From Vermamoeba vermiformis (Eukaryota), in contig JBEWZL010000163.1 of assembly GCA_045837725.1 (NCBI GenBank), positions 558,001 to 622,000 of the forward strand: a stretch of DNA of 64,000 nt, in the 5' to 3' direction. Below, in pieces: positions 25,518 through 37,835 of this stretch; the stretch's first letter is position 1, and the number at the start of each line of letters is the position of its first letter. Below the pieces are notes generated by a model. The model was not told where the DNA came from and made no database searches. It saw only the letters and a program-made list of their open reading frames with translations. Position numbers and translations under genes: made by a program.

Positions 25518-27033
25518 ATGAGCACTGCTCATTTTTGCCGAGAGATTCGCCTCAATATCTCAAATCTCGAAGCTCCGCAGATCGACTACTTAGATTTGCT
25601 GCCTCCTGAACTTCTAACAAATATTCTCGAACGTCTTGATTTTAAATCGCTACTAAGATGCACGTCTCTATCGCAAAAATGGTCGAAAATTGCTAACGAT
25701 CTGCACCTTGTAAGTAAATTATTTTTGAAATTAAATTTCTAATTGTTACGTCTCTAAAAGTGGACTCAGCTGTCACTAAAGTTACTAGGGGGTAAGTAGC
25801 TTGTATTAAAAAATATATCGGCCTTTCTAACGAACCGCATTGTGCAGATGCCGAAATTAGCCTTTCGAAACTCGAATCCGTACAGAACTGCAAGAAACTT
25901 TTTAAAGGTATCTCTAACCAGATATGTTATGCAATAATTAATATGCTATAGTATTATTAAAAAATGCCTACGAGCACAAAGAGAAAGATTCTTCGGGATC
26001 CAACATTTCACCGAAGGAAATGAAAGGGATCAACGCTAGAGTATTATTATTGGGGGATGATGGAGGTAATATATTAATATTACATGGTTATGTTAGTATT
26101 AATGCAGATCTAGTCGGAAAAACGAGCCTTTTGATTAGATACACAACGGGCACCTTTCCAACGAGTTATTTGCCCGATATTTTCGACAATTATCTTTGCA
26201 GTGAGTATATTATGCCTTGCTTTAAAGCTTTGCTAATCAAAATATTATAGGGAGGTCATACAACGGAATACCGTTGATGTAAGTTTGGATCCAAAAATAG
26301 ATGCGATCCGTTAAGAAATTTAAATTAATGCAAATTATAGCGTATCGTTAGCCGAAGATGCCGCTGGTTGCGCAGAATATGAACGAGTTCGTAAGTCTCT
26401 TTACAAATTCAGATCTTAATCTGGTTCGAGATCTGATCTTTACGACAGGTCCCCAAAACTACAAAGGCACCGATGTTGTGTTATTAGCGTAAGCAGTATT
26501 CTACGCAAGACCCTCTTAAATAACAATCATATTAGATTCTCGTTGGTAATTCCTAGTTCGTTCGAGAGCATTCAAAACAAGGTACCTTGCATGAATAAAA
26601 AATCAACTTCGTGGGGCTCAATTTAATTTTTTCCACAGTGGTTCCCTGAAGTTCATCAATACATCCCTGACGCCTATATAGTCCTCGTTGGCACTCAAGC
26701 AGATCTGAGGTAAGATCTTGTACGCTTGTTGAGAGATCTAATTCTGTTGTTACAGAGACAAGCCCAGCCCTGTAAAAGATCCTAAAAAGAAGAAAGTGAC
26801 TCCGATAACAGATGAACAAGTAAGAAACTTTATTGAGTAACGAACATATTCTTAACAATTTTTAGGCTGAGATCTTGCAGCAGACTATCGGTGCCAAGAG
26901 ATACGTCACGTGCAGTTCATTGACGGGCTACAATGTCACCAAAGTGCTGGAGACTGCATTCGCCATGGCTGTCAGTCGCGTGGTCGAGAGCTCTTTTGAC
27001 GAGTCCAAGCGAAAACGATGCGTGATCATGTAG
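25518..27033 (+). CDS. F-box domain fused to a Rho-family GTPase with CaaX (KRKRCVIM)
   Basis: F-box LDLLPPELLTNILERLDFKSLLRCTSLSQKW; G1 GDDG|VGKTS, switch I YLPDIFDNY, G3 DAAGCAEYERVR, G4 VGTQADLR, G5 CSSL. Confidence 0.88.
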
Positions 27034-27550
27034 CGCACTGCCTATTCTTCATCCAATAGCACATTGCATCGAGACCTATGTGTTTTTTTGGCATCATAGA
27101 GTGCGATGTAGATTGGTCACTGTCACGTGACTTTGCTTCCGGACGTCGGTGACTTGCCCGGCCCTAGACAGCCAAAGAAATTCGTCGCGACTAAGAGAAT
27201 AGAGGCATTACTAGCGATGCAGAAGAACAGATCGAAAAAACTCGCAGACTTCGGTGGTTTTGAACGAAATTTCGTTCGGTCGTACTCATTCCGTCCGGTA
27301 GTTTGATCCTGCGTTGCAAAGGCGGATCCATTTCGACAGAGGTTGAAGACCTGACGTATGATGAAGCGGATAACCTTAGAGATATTGTAAGTGAGAAAAA
27401 TGGCCGCCAGGTAAAGATATATTCAGATGTGAATTAATCGATTTACAACTTTAAATTAGTGCTAATTTTGGCAAAGCAATTTAAACGAAGAAATTGCAAT
27501 TAACGTATTATTTTCCAGTTGTTTGAACGATTAGCAACAATAGCTTAATC

Positions 27551-29097
27551 ATGATAGCAAAGCTCGGTCTATTAGTTCTGGCACTTGGTTCAATTTTGGC
27601 GTCGGATCTGCCGGTAACTCGTTCGACAATTAATTAAAAAATAATTACTTACTAATATACGTGAAAAAGATTTTCCAAGTCCCTGCTAACTCAGCGCAAG
27701 CAATACCATTTCAACGAGGCATTCTCGCCACGGCATCGTATGGCGGAGATTACATCATTTTGCCTAATGGCTCCGAAATGCGGATCTTGAAACGAGACAA
27801 CTCTTTGGGTCTCTTTTACTCTCGTTGGGTAACAGCACTAGCTTGTAATGACGCGGCTACGAATGGTGTTTGGTTCGCTTGTGCGGCTCCGGATGGGCTC
27901 AAACTTTTTACGTTCAACGAGACTACGTCCAACTACGGAGTTTTATTGGCTTATCCTGGAACTTTCTATTGGACTGTGCAGTTCTTATCGGATGGAAGTC
28001 TCGTTGCAGCTAATAATGTCAGCCTTGTGACACGTGTCAACAGCGGTGACACTTGGAACATTGTCGACGAGACGATCATTAACACAGGACCTGAAATATT
28101 GCCCAAAGGTGTCATCATGCATTTAACCGATACAAGACTCGTTTACGTGCAGGACAACAACAATGCAATCTTTATGCAACGTAACGCCAATTACTCTTGG
28201 ACGCAAGTCGATCAACAGCCGTTAGCATCATTCGCAGCGTCGTTGCTTTTCAATGTCATGTGGTTCAACGACACGTTGATTGTAGTGTATGGATTCAGTG
28301 CTCCTCAGCCTAACAGCTACAGCAGCAGAATGCAAGTGCTTGTCAAAGCCAACAACGTCTGGAACGTCACGTTGGACATTACTGGTGGAGGAATTGTCGA
28401 GCCCTATGGCAGTGTTGGATCCAGTTTAGTACAGCTGTCGGATACACAAGTACTGATTGGCGCTCCGCTTGATGGCATTGTCAATACCAGTTCGTACGTT
28501 GGTGTTGGAAGCGTTTTAGTGCTTGAACGAAGCGACACTATGCCCTGGACGATTACAGCTCTGATTCACAACGAGCCTCGAGATCGATTGTGGGGCGCAA
28601 GTCTGCTTAAGACTGATACTTACGTGCTCGTGTGGTCGTGCCTGGTGGCTTTGACAACCCCCCAAGAAGTCATGTGCGGATTTTCACCACTTCCGTTCTG
28701 TTTGACGGATCCTGTTGACGTCACGTGCTCCAATCAACAGCTCAACTCGTGTTCCGATGCGACTGACGTCAACTTGGATAATCTGTACACGATCCAAAAC
28801 TCCGAATGTGGAGCCACGAGATCGACCGACTTTTCGTTCAGCAACAGCGGCTTGGAGATTTCATTTGCTTTCACGCGATATGGCGTGCAAGTGGGCTCTT
28901 GTAATGCGACTTTGACTTGTCCTGCTGTCAATGAACCCACGACAGCGACACAGCCGACAAGTTCTAGCGTGCCCATTGCCAATCAAAATTCGCCTGTTAG
29001 TGGCTCTAGTCCAAGGAGCAAAGTCAGCACTGCTTTCACCGAAGGATTATCTCTATTGGCGACTTTTGCTGCGGTTGCTGCCAATTTTATTTTGTAA
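27551..29097 (+). CDS. Surface glycoprotein, beta-rich or propeller-like, GPI-type C-terminus; paralogue A
   Basis: Signal-peptide exon 27551-27613 plus ORF 27661-29097; FG-GAP-like VLIGAPLD...GSVLVLER; Cys-rich domain, S/T/P stalk, hydrophobic tail. Confidence 0.8.
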
Positions 29098-29464
29098 TCC
29101 GAATCAAATAAAGCTAATTCCACGATTCATATCTCTTGTAATTCAGTTATTATTTTACTCAGCATGAACAGTAGAATATCTGTCAACATCAGCTCGATTA
29201 AGTTGATGAGTAGATCACTTCAATCGTCTTTCGGTTAACTGGGCAGCGGAATCAATACGGAGAGCAGTTTCCTATTCTAGTTACTAAAGTTCGTATCATT
29301 AGGATGATTTTGGTGTGATTAAGGGCCCCGCAAAGTTCAGGACAAGTTTGTGAACCAAGAACTTTACAACTTTAATTAAAACTATTCCTGGCGTTGCGAT
29401 TCTTTGTTCAATTCAATTAATTTAACTGATGATTAGAACACGACACATCATAGCGCACTATTCA

Positions 29465-30815
29465 ATGAAATTATACGTGATATTATCACTATTTGTTGTG
29501 CAATCTTTGGCTGGCGATCTACCGGTAAGATACGTAACTAACGATATGATGGTATTTATGCATTATGCAGGTATTCAAAATACCCACTGCCTCCACCCAA
29601 GCAATCTCCTCTACGCAAGTGAATCATCTTCCCGCATCTGTCGCTGGAAATTATCTCATAATGGGCAATGGCAACGAAATGCGAATCTTATCAAAGGATC
29701 CATCGTCGGGTCTCTTCTATACTCGTTGGTTCACATCTCAATCATGCTACGCCGTTGCAACCAATGGAGTTTGGTTTGCTTGTGCCTCCGACACGGATCT
29801 GATCCTCTTTACCTTTGACGAATCATCATCTAACTATGGAACGATGCTGACGTACCCTGAAGTCTATGCAAACGTTCAGTTCTTATCCGACGGCAGCTTG
29901 GTAACCGTTAACGAGACTACTGTGGTGACACGTGTCAACTCTAGTGGCACTTGGAACGTCGTTGACACGACTTCCATTAACGCCGCACGAGAAGATCCTT
30001 TTGGTGTTGTGGTCCACTTGACTGAGACAACGTTAGCTTATGCTCTAGGAAACAACGCGTACTTGATGCAACGTAATCAGAATTACTCTTGGACCGTGCT
30101 CGAACAAGTGCCAATTTTGTTCAACGATACAAAATTTCCTGGACAGATCTTCTGGGCAAATGACACACTTCTTGTGACCTACGTATTCCACACGTCAATT
30201 GTCGATTGGAGTTCGGGGGTGCAACTACTAGTGAAGACTGACAATGGCTGGAACGTGACACTTGACACGCAAGGAGATGGCTATGTGGAAATGAACGGCG
30301 GCCTTGGTACTGTGTTACTGCCTCTATCCGAGACCCAGATTCTTGTGAATGCCTTGTTTGATGGAACTGCCACAAGGGGCTTCTTCGGCGTGGGCAGTAT
30401 CTTGCTGCTAGAACGCGGATCCGATGGTCAATGGAGAATCACATCGCTTGTTCAAAACACTGTTCGAGACGAGATGTGGGGCCTTAGCATGCTGAAATCT
30501 GACCGAGACGTTCTCATTTGGAATTGCCGTGTGATCACTAATGGCATGTTCGAGTCAATGTGCGGATTCGTACCAGTGCCGTTATGCTTCAGTGAACCAA
30601 TTAGCGTCACGTGCCTCGATCAACAACTTGCTTCGTGCGCGAGCGTTAGTAACTTCAAGGTTGACGAACTTTTTACGGTTAAAAACGCCTGCGGAATGTC
30701 TGAAGTAGCGTCTCGTGCATCATTCAGTGCTCGTGGACTACAAGTATCGTTAGAATTCAGCAGATTTGGAGTGCAATTAGCCGCGTGTAATGCGACTGTG
30801 ACTTGTACCAATTAA
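29465..30815 (+). CDS. Secreted paralogue B, lacking stalk and C-terminal anchor
   Basis: Signal exon MKLYVILSLFVVQSLAGDLP with the same intron position; colinear with A and C but ends CNATVTCTN-stop. Confidence 0.8.
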
Positions 30816-31434
30816 CACAAGTAAATAAATTGGAAGAAGTAACTACTACTGTGGCACGATTTCTTCCTGCTTCGGAAGTAAAAATCAATTTAAGATGACA
30901 GTTAATGTGAAATTTCTCTAGTGCAACGTCATAAAACAACCATGGATCTTAGGTCTAAGTGAAATAATGGAGCATAGGAGCATTACCTGTAGTAGCTTTC
31001 TCGTAAGTCCCTCGTCTTGTTATATAAGTCGCGTTTTCAAGCGGAGATCTTCTCCGCCAGTTGCCGAAAATACTGGATCGGAGCAAGAATTGACATAAGA
31101 CGTTCGGATTGACTCTCGAGCATGTAATATTGGTAAGCATATTAACTAGTTAATATCTGAGATCCTAGACAAGGTACATTCGAAGTCGACACCTTTGATG
31201 TTTGGAATACTTATCAAGGGCGGATCAGTAATCCGACAGACAGTAGACCTCAATAACGATGCCGAGGACATCTAAAAGAATAGTGTAAGTGAGAATAAGA
31301 AACGCAAAGTCTATAGAGATTTATCCGATCTTTGATCGCGAATCACCTTTACAACTTTAATGGTTAATCATAAACTATTTATAGCTAAGATTAATCTATC
31401 TAATATCAGAAGTAACGTGAAGGCAACAGCAGAG

Positions 31435-32987
31435 ATGAATAGCGTTATTACGAAGTCAACTCTTTTCGTGTTATCAGTTTGCCTGTTTAGTGCGTGGGCA
31501 GCGGATCTGCCGGTAAGTGAAACAATGCCACTAATTTAAAATACTAATTTTTGATTCAGATATTCAAAATTCCTGGAGCTCCAACGCAAGCCCTAAATTA
31601 CCCCCAAATCGCTTTCCTCCCTGTGTCCTCGGCTGGCAATTACACGTTCTTGGCGCTTTCGGGTCAAGTCCGGATCTTGAAACGAAGCGAATCTTCTGGC
31701 CTATTCTACGCTCGTTGGTTCACTTCACTTAATTGTAACTCAGTCGCTACTAACGGCGTTTGGTTTGCCTGTGCATCAAGTTCCGAACTTCAACTCTTCA
31801 CGTTCAACGAGGCTACATCCAGCATTGGGACGATGATAAAGTATCCTGAAGGCTATTATAATGTTCACTTTTTACCCGACAACTCTCTTGTTGCCATGAA
31901 TACCACTTCCTTAGTGACACGTGTCAACAACGGTGCCGCTTGGGACATTGTTGACGAGACAACGATTAGCGCTACAAATGTCCCTCCAGTTGGTGTTCCA
32001 ATGCACTTAAATGGCCCTTATTTGGCTTTTCTCAGCGGCAACTTCACCGTATTGATGCAGCGTAACGATAACTACACTTGGACGGAGCTTGAACGAGTCC
32101 AAATAGTGCACGATGGCGATGCATTAACACCATTCAGACTTTTATGGATCAACGACACAATTATTATGACCAATGCTTTTGACGCGCCAGTCGATGGTTA
32201 CGATGTCCTGCTCAGAGTTTACGTCAAGAACCAGAACGCTTGGAACATCACACTAGAGACTTCCGGCAAAGGTATTCTCCAGCCTACTGGATCAATTGGC
32301 ATAGACGTGTTGATGCTCTCCGAGACGAAAGTGTTGTTGGCCGCCCTTTTCGACAACTTCGCTAATGTCCCTGACTATAACGGAATTGGCAGTATTGTCT
32401 CGCTTGAACGAGGTGCAGATAAGCAATGGAGTATTACAGCGCTAATTCAACAAGAAGTCAAGGACAGAATGTGGGCTGCTAATTTGGTCAAAACCGACCA
32501 AGAGATTCTCGTTTGGAATTGCATTTATGTTCCAAATTCCGGTCCTCTCACAAACGAGGTAATGTGCGGCTTTACCCCAGTGCCATTCTGCTACAGCGAT
32601 CCGATTGACGTGACGTGCATCAATCAACAACTGACATCGTGCTCTGATTTGAAAAGTTTTGTAACGGAAGATCTGTACACGATCAGCAACCCTGGATGTG
32701 GAATTCAATCGGTCGTCTCTCAAACCTCATTCAGCGGACAAGGCGTGGAGATTTCACTCGACTTTTCCAGATTTGGCGTAAAGCTGGCCTCTTGCAATGC
32801 CACTGTCACGTGTCCCTTATTGAATGTACCTTCTGATGCACCACAAGGATCAATCACAGAACCAACCAGCGTTCCAAAATCAGTTGCTGTGCCCGTCGCG
32901 AAGACTGGCAACAATGTCTCGGGATCGTCACGCACAATCCTTTCTTTGACAGCTGTCATCATAGTTCTTATTGCAACTACATTGTAA
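31435..32987 (+). CDS. Surface glycoprotein paralogue C with GPI-type C-terminus
   Basis: Signal exon ending ADLP, same intron, colinear with A (ATNGVWFACA, LVTRVN, MCGF.P.PFC). Confidence 0.8.
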
Positions 32988-33105
32988 GAGAGAATTGTTA
33001 GCAAATAAAGTATGAAAATACATGTTTGTTTTAAGTGAAATTTGCTTCACTGTTTATTTTTCGAGATCTACACTTGATCACGAAACACGAGCTAATGTAA
33101 CACGA

Positions 33106-36100
33106 TTATTTCTTTGCAGCCGGTTGTGGAGGCGATGGTGAAGTGCCAAATCCAAAGCCAGCAGAAGAGCTACTGTTAGTAGTAGTGGTTGCAGTACCGA
33201 AGCCAGGAGTAGGTGCAGGAGCAGGAGTTGTACCGCCAAATGAGAATGAAGTTGGCTTGGGTGGTATGCCAGGTGGCATTTGAGCCTTAAGCGGTAGTTG
33301 CGGCTGAGGGGCTGCTTGCGGGGCATTGAACGGATTTGCGTTGTAAGCATTCATGGCAAAATTGCCTTGAGGAGGAAGCGATGGTGCACTGGTGGATCCA
33401 AACGAAAAGTTCGAGCTGTTGGGATACGCGTTGCTTCTGTTCTGCAAATAGCTTTGCACTTGTTGGTATTGCGGCGATGAGCCAGCGGAGAATGGATCAT
33501 ACGCAGCGGATTGCTTGCCGGTACGAGCACGGTACACTGCGCCCAAGTTGTCTCCAACATTTTGGATGTCTAAAAAAGGAAATAATGAGAAAACCATCGA
33601 TCCTTTCATATGATAATAGTTATACTTACACTCCTTGTAGCGTTGGAATGGAGCAGCTTTGCCGCCAAAGCCGAATGCGGAGGTACCTTGTTGGTACTTG
33701 TGAGCGTTTGGATCCACAGTCGATTCCAAGCCTTGATTCATAGGTGTCTAAACAATACATTTTAGTAAGCTATATTATTTTGTAATGTAGCCGGCATTAC
33801 CTTTTCGACCTTCAAGTTCTCAATCAATACGTTGAATTCTTCTTCCAATAGCGTGGCTGATTGAGTCATGTCGCGGATCTGGTTGCGCAACTGAAGGAAG
33901 TTTTCTTCAAGTTGAATGATCATAGTGACCCATCTGTTGGTCAATTCACTAGCAGTTTGAAGAGCGTCGCTCATGGTTTCCAAGTTTTGCAAGATCTACC
34001 GGAAGTTAGTCATCGATGTCAATACCCATATTTGGCAATAAATTTTGAACTTACGCGAACGCCGTCCGCCATGACCTCGTCCAATTGTTTAGTAGATGCC
34101 TCGAGCTCCTTGCTCAACTTCTCAGATCGCTCAATAATAGCCAAGGCAGGTTCGAGAAGAGAGGCAATGTTCGGGGTGATGAGTTTGTCCTCGAGCCATT
34201 TGTTGATAGTCTTGCGCTTAGTAGTCAAGTCGATGACTTCTCGGCCGGTGATAACGCCTTGTTCTTTAATGACAAGTGATCTATTTTAAAAGTATTAGTT
34301 CGCTGTAAGTTGTAGAATCTCGAGCTGGATCTGACTTACTCTTTCTTGCCGGCACCCACTTTGACGGAGTATCTGCAAACGCCATTGACGTCTTCGAAAG
34401 GATTCGGGCCCAACAGCGTGGCGTACTTGGTGTGCTCGATAATGACTTCGACTTCGCCCTCCAAAGCGTTGTTTTGAATGGTGTACGTAGTGTCGCGAGT
34501 CTGTTGTCTAGTGACAACGAAATAGCCATCACGCAATTCGATAGCGTTGGCGTACTTGGCTTGTAACACAGTGCTGGTTGAGTAGATGCAGCTGGTGTCA
34601 ATGGCGTAGGGTAACAGCAGCGTGTCGTTGGGTTTGAGGCCCGGCAAGTTGCCGCCACCAATGACAATGTCTTTGTCAATCAATGAGATTGAGCCTGACG
34701 GGAACGGCTTGGTCGTGGTGTTCTTCATGAACATAGCCATCAGTGGGTAAGTACCCGAGGCGAAGCCGTTAATCAATGCAACGCGGCGGCTAGAAATGGT
34801 TGCGTCGAAGACAGGGACCAAGGCCGATTGAGTGGCCTTAACGGTGACGGGCTGTGCCACCTTGTAGATGTAGTGTTGTTGGTCTGGAGCGCTTGGGCTG
34901 AAATTGAGAGCGCGTTGTTGTTGCTGTTGCTGTTGTTGTGGTTGTTGTGGATAGGACGAGACTGGAGAGAGTGGAGGACGGGCAGCATTAGGTGCAGTTG
35001 GTATAGGATTAGGAGCACCAAGAGTTTGACCGCTGACGAGCACGACTGAAGCGTCAACCCAGTCTTCTTCACGAGCGTTGTTGACCATACCCCAGCACTC
35101 TATCTTGATGCCTGCGTCACCGGCGACTGTGGCACGGTATGTGGCGTTCCAAGAGGGGAATGATATGACGTAAGAGATCTATAGTAATGATTAACAATGT
35201 GCGAAACAGTTATCGAAAGCGAGGTACTTACGCGAACTTTACGGGCATCTTGACCGGCCAAGAAGACTGTGAGTTCTCTGCGAGGGTCTTCAGGCTCTTG
35301 TTGACGAGCCAAAAAGCTCTTTCTGAGGGCCTCGTTGACTTCACGTGCGACGGTGCTGTTGAGGATCAGGACGTTTTTGATCTTTTCGAGCGAGAACGAT
35401 TTGAGCATGTTGTCGTTGCTCAAGATAGTAACTTCAGTAAACACGCTGTTGTGGACTTGACTAGGACCCTTATCATTATTTAAAATGATTTCGCGAGTGT
35501 TCTTCTCAATGCCAACGCAAACACCATCCACTTTCTAAAAATAGATAAAAGTTAGTGAAACAGAATCAATTTGAATCAACCTTACCTCTCCTTCGAGCTC
35601 TAGACCAATGTGAACTCCGCGTAAGTGGAATAAAAGCTTTTCGATGTTGTAGACTTGATCTCCGATCAAAGGTCTTTTTCTGATGAGCGGGACCATTGAT
35701 ACTTCGCTTTCGTAGGAAACGGACTTGATGACTCCTTCTTTGCTTTCATCGACGACAGTCAAAGACTTCAATACGCTGTCGATCTCGTCCTTGTGGAAGA
35801 GTAAAGGAACGCTGCTATCGCCAGAGCTCAAATTTACTTCACTAAAAATAACAAAAAATATTACTAAATGTTTAAATATGCTTAAATAGATCGTTAATAT
35901 AATCCGAAACCGGCAATCAATAAATACTCAAAAGAGTAGTCTTTGATCGAGCTCAGAAAATTAAATTTAGATTCTCACCGTTCAAATAAAGCAATTCCAT
36001 GTTTGTATAATACAACACGTTTAATAGGAGCATTTTCTTGCGCAAACGTATCAACCTCTAATTTAGCGAGGTTAGAGTCAACCGCATGCGGTGCTTTCGT

Positions 36101-36124
36101 CATGCCTCTTTGCTGCGATTGCAT
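33106..36124 (-). CDS. DUF4139/DUF4140-like protein with coiled coil and FG-rich low-complexity tail, multi-exon
   Basis: PIKRVVLYKHGIALFER, DEIDSVLKSLTVVD, SPSWNATYR, GMVNN...EDWVDASVVLVSGQ, YIYKVAQPVTVKATQSALVP, LLLPYAID; tail with FSFG/FGFG. Confidence 0.7.
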
Positions 36125-37559
36125 CTTAGAGATATAAAATGAAAGAAAAGCTTGTGTGTTGTTAATGCAAAGGTTTGAATTGTAAACTGAAGTCCTTACA
36201 ACGCTATTTATGTCTCGCTTTGGTACCCAAGATTTTTCCACGCGAGAAAAAGCTTGAATCTTTCGTTTTGCTCCATTCCTGTATTCCTACGAACAGTATC
36301 ATACGTTTAAGACCAAGTACATACCACAAACCTAGATCCTGAGCAGAAATAGTATCTCGCCTGGGTTAAAAATAGGTAGGAGATGCTGCACTTGTTTAAC
36401 AGTTTGGCTTATTTATTTACAGGCGCGAGGATTATGTCATAATGTGCCACTTCTACTCGAAAGGAAGGCGGGCAATTCTCTAAAATTCAAAAAATAAGCA
36501 AGGCACGAGATTTACTTCTTTTTCTCGTTGTTAAATTATTTCGAGCTAAAAAACCATATTATAAAATCAAGCGCTTACCTATTCAATTTTATATCGTTCG
36601 ATTTTACTCTAGGGCTTTGTATTGTTGATATTTTTTGAAATAATAGTAATATTTGAATACGAGCACTGAGCCAACTACGGCGAGCATTTTGACTCCCGAT
36701 TTGTCAGACGATCGCACTATTTTAGATTTTCTAGCTGCATGTCGGCGTGAGGTGCTCTGAAACCAGCCCGCGTCTATGTGAGGGGCTCTGAGGCTTGCAA
36801 TGAGGTTTGCGCCTGTGATTTTCATTATTATATTATTTACAAGAGCTATGCTCTCTCTAGAGCTTCGAAATTGAATATAAAAATGTGACACGCAGAGTCG
36901 TAGTAAATTTCTCCTGTCACGCGGGATCCAATTTTCTACCACGCGACACTTCAGTAGCACACAACTTATTAAATCAATGAAGCCCTTTACAACTACATAT
37001 TATAATTATTCGAAGCAATTTATTCATCAGAGACCGTAAATAGGGTTAATGGAACTGGATCCAGCGTCAAAAGCTAAATTTATTATTCTGAATAAGGAAG
37101 ATGACGAAAAGACATTGCTTTGAGAATAATCTCATATCGTATTTAGTTTACGGGATCGAAGTCAGTGGATCCGATGAGTTCTTTGTACTTCTCCAAGTCG
37201 GCAGAATATTTTGTGATGGCTCGTTGGATACTTTCCAGAGAGTCCACGCCGAGAGGAATGTGCAAAGGAGGATTTTCTAGCGCGAGAAGCTTCTCGACCG
37301 CGATGGCCAATTTTGCCGGATCTCCTCGTTGTTTGCCAGCAGCGCTTGCCATGAGCATTTGTAAGACTTGCTTGACGGCATCATATTCATCAAAGTCTTG
37401 CATGTTAGCAATAGTAGCGTTATCTCCGAACTTAGTCTTGAACATGCCTGGCTCTAAAATGATGACGCGAATGCCGTGCGGAGCGACCTCTGTGGCAAGA
37501 CCCTCGGAAAAGCCTTCAAGCGCAAACTTGCTAGCGCTGTATATGGACGAGGCGGGCAT

Positions 37560-37813
37560 TGTAACGTTGTGTGGGCTATCAACGTCTAAACAGTTGTTGT
37601 AATGTTATTTATTAAAATAAAAGAGAATACAAGATCGGATTCGTTTTACAACGTTTTTTTTATACTTGACCGTAGAATGTTCTAGGTCATTCTATATATT
37701 ATTAATTATTTGTTGTCATATTGCTATTGGGTTATTGATGTTGTTCGAAGCTTCTTCGTCATCGTGGAGTTTTCACTGAAATTTCCGCGATGATGACTAA
37801 TAGCGTCGTTACA
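37560..37813 (-). repeat. 3' LTR (254 bp)
   Basis: Direct repeat of 43394-43612; TG..CA ends; AATAAA on the minus strand at 37608-37613; preceded on the minus strand by purine-rich GACGGGGTAA (putative PPT, 37814-37823). Confidence 0.95.
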
Positions 37814-37835
37814 TTACCCCGTCGCTAGTTTCGAC

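Noticed and set aside
36604..36960. 118-aa minus-strand ORF between the DUF4139-like gene and the SDR
   Set aside because: No recognisable motif and no coherent splice model; may be a small gene but is unsupported
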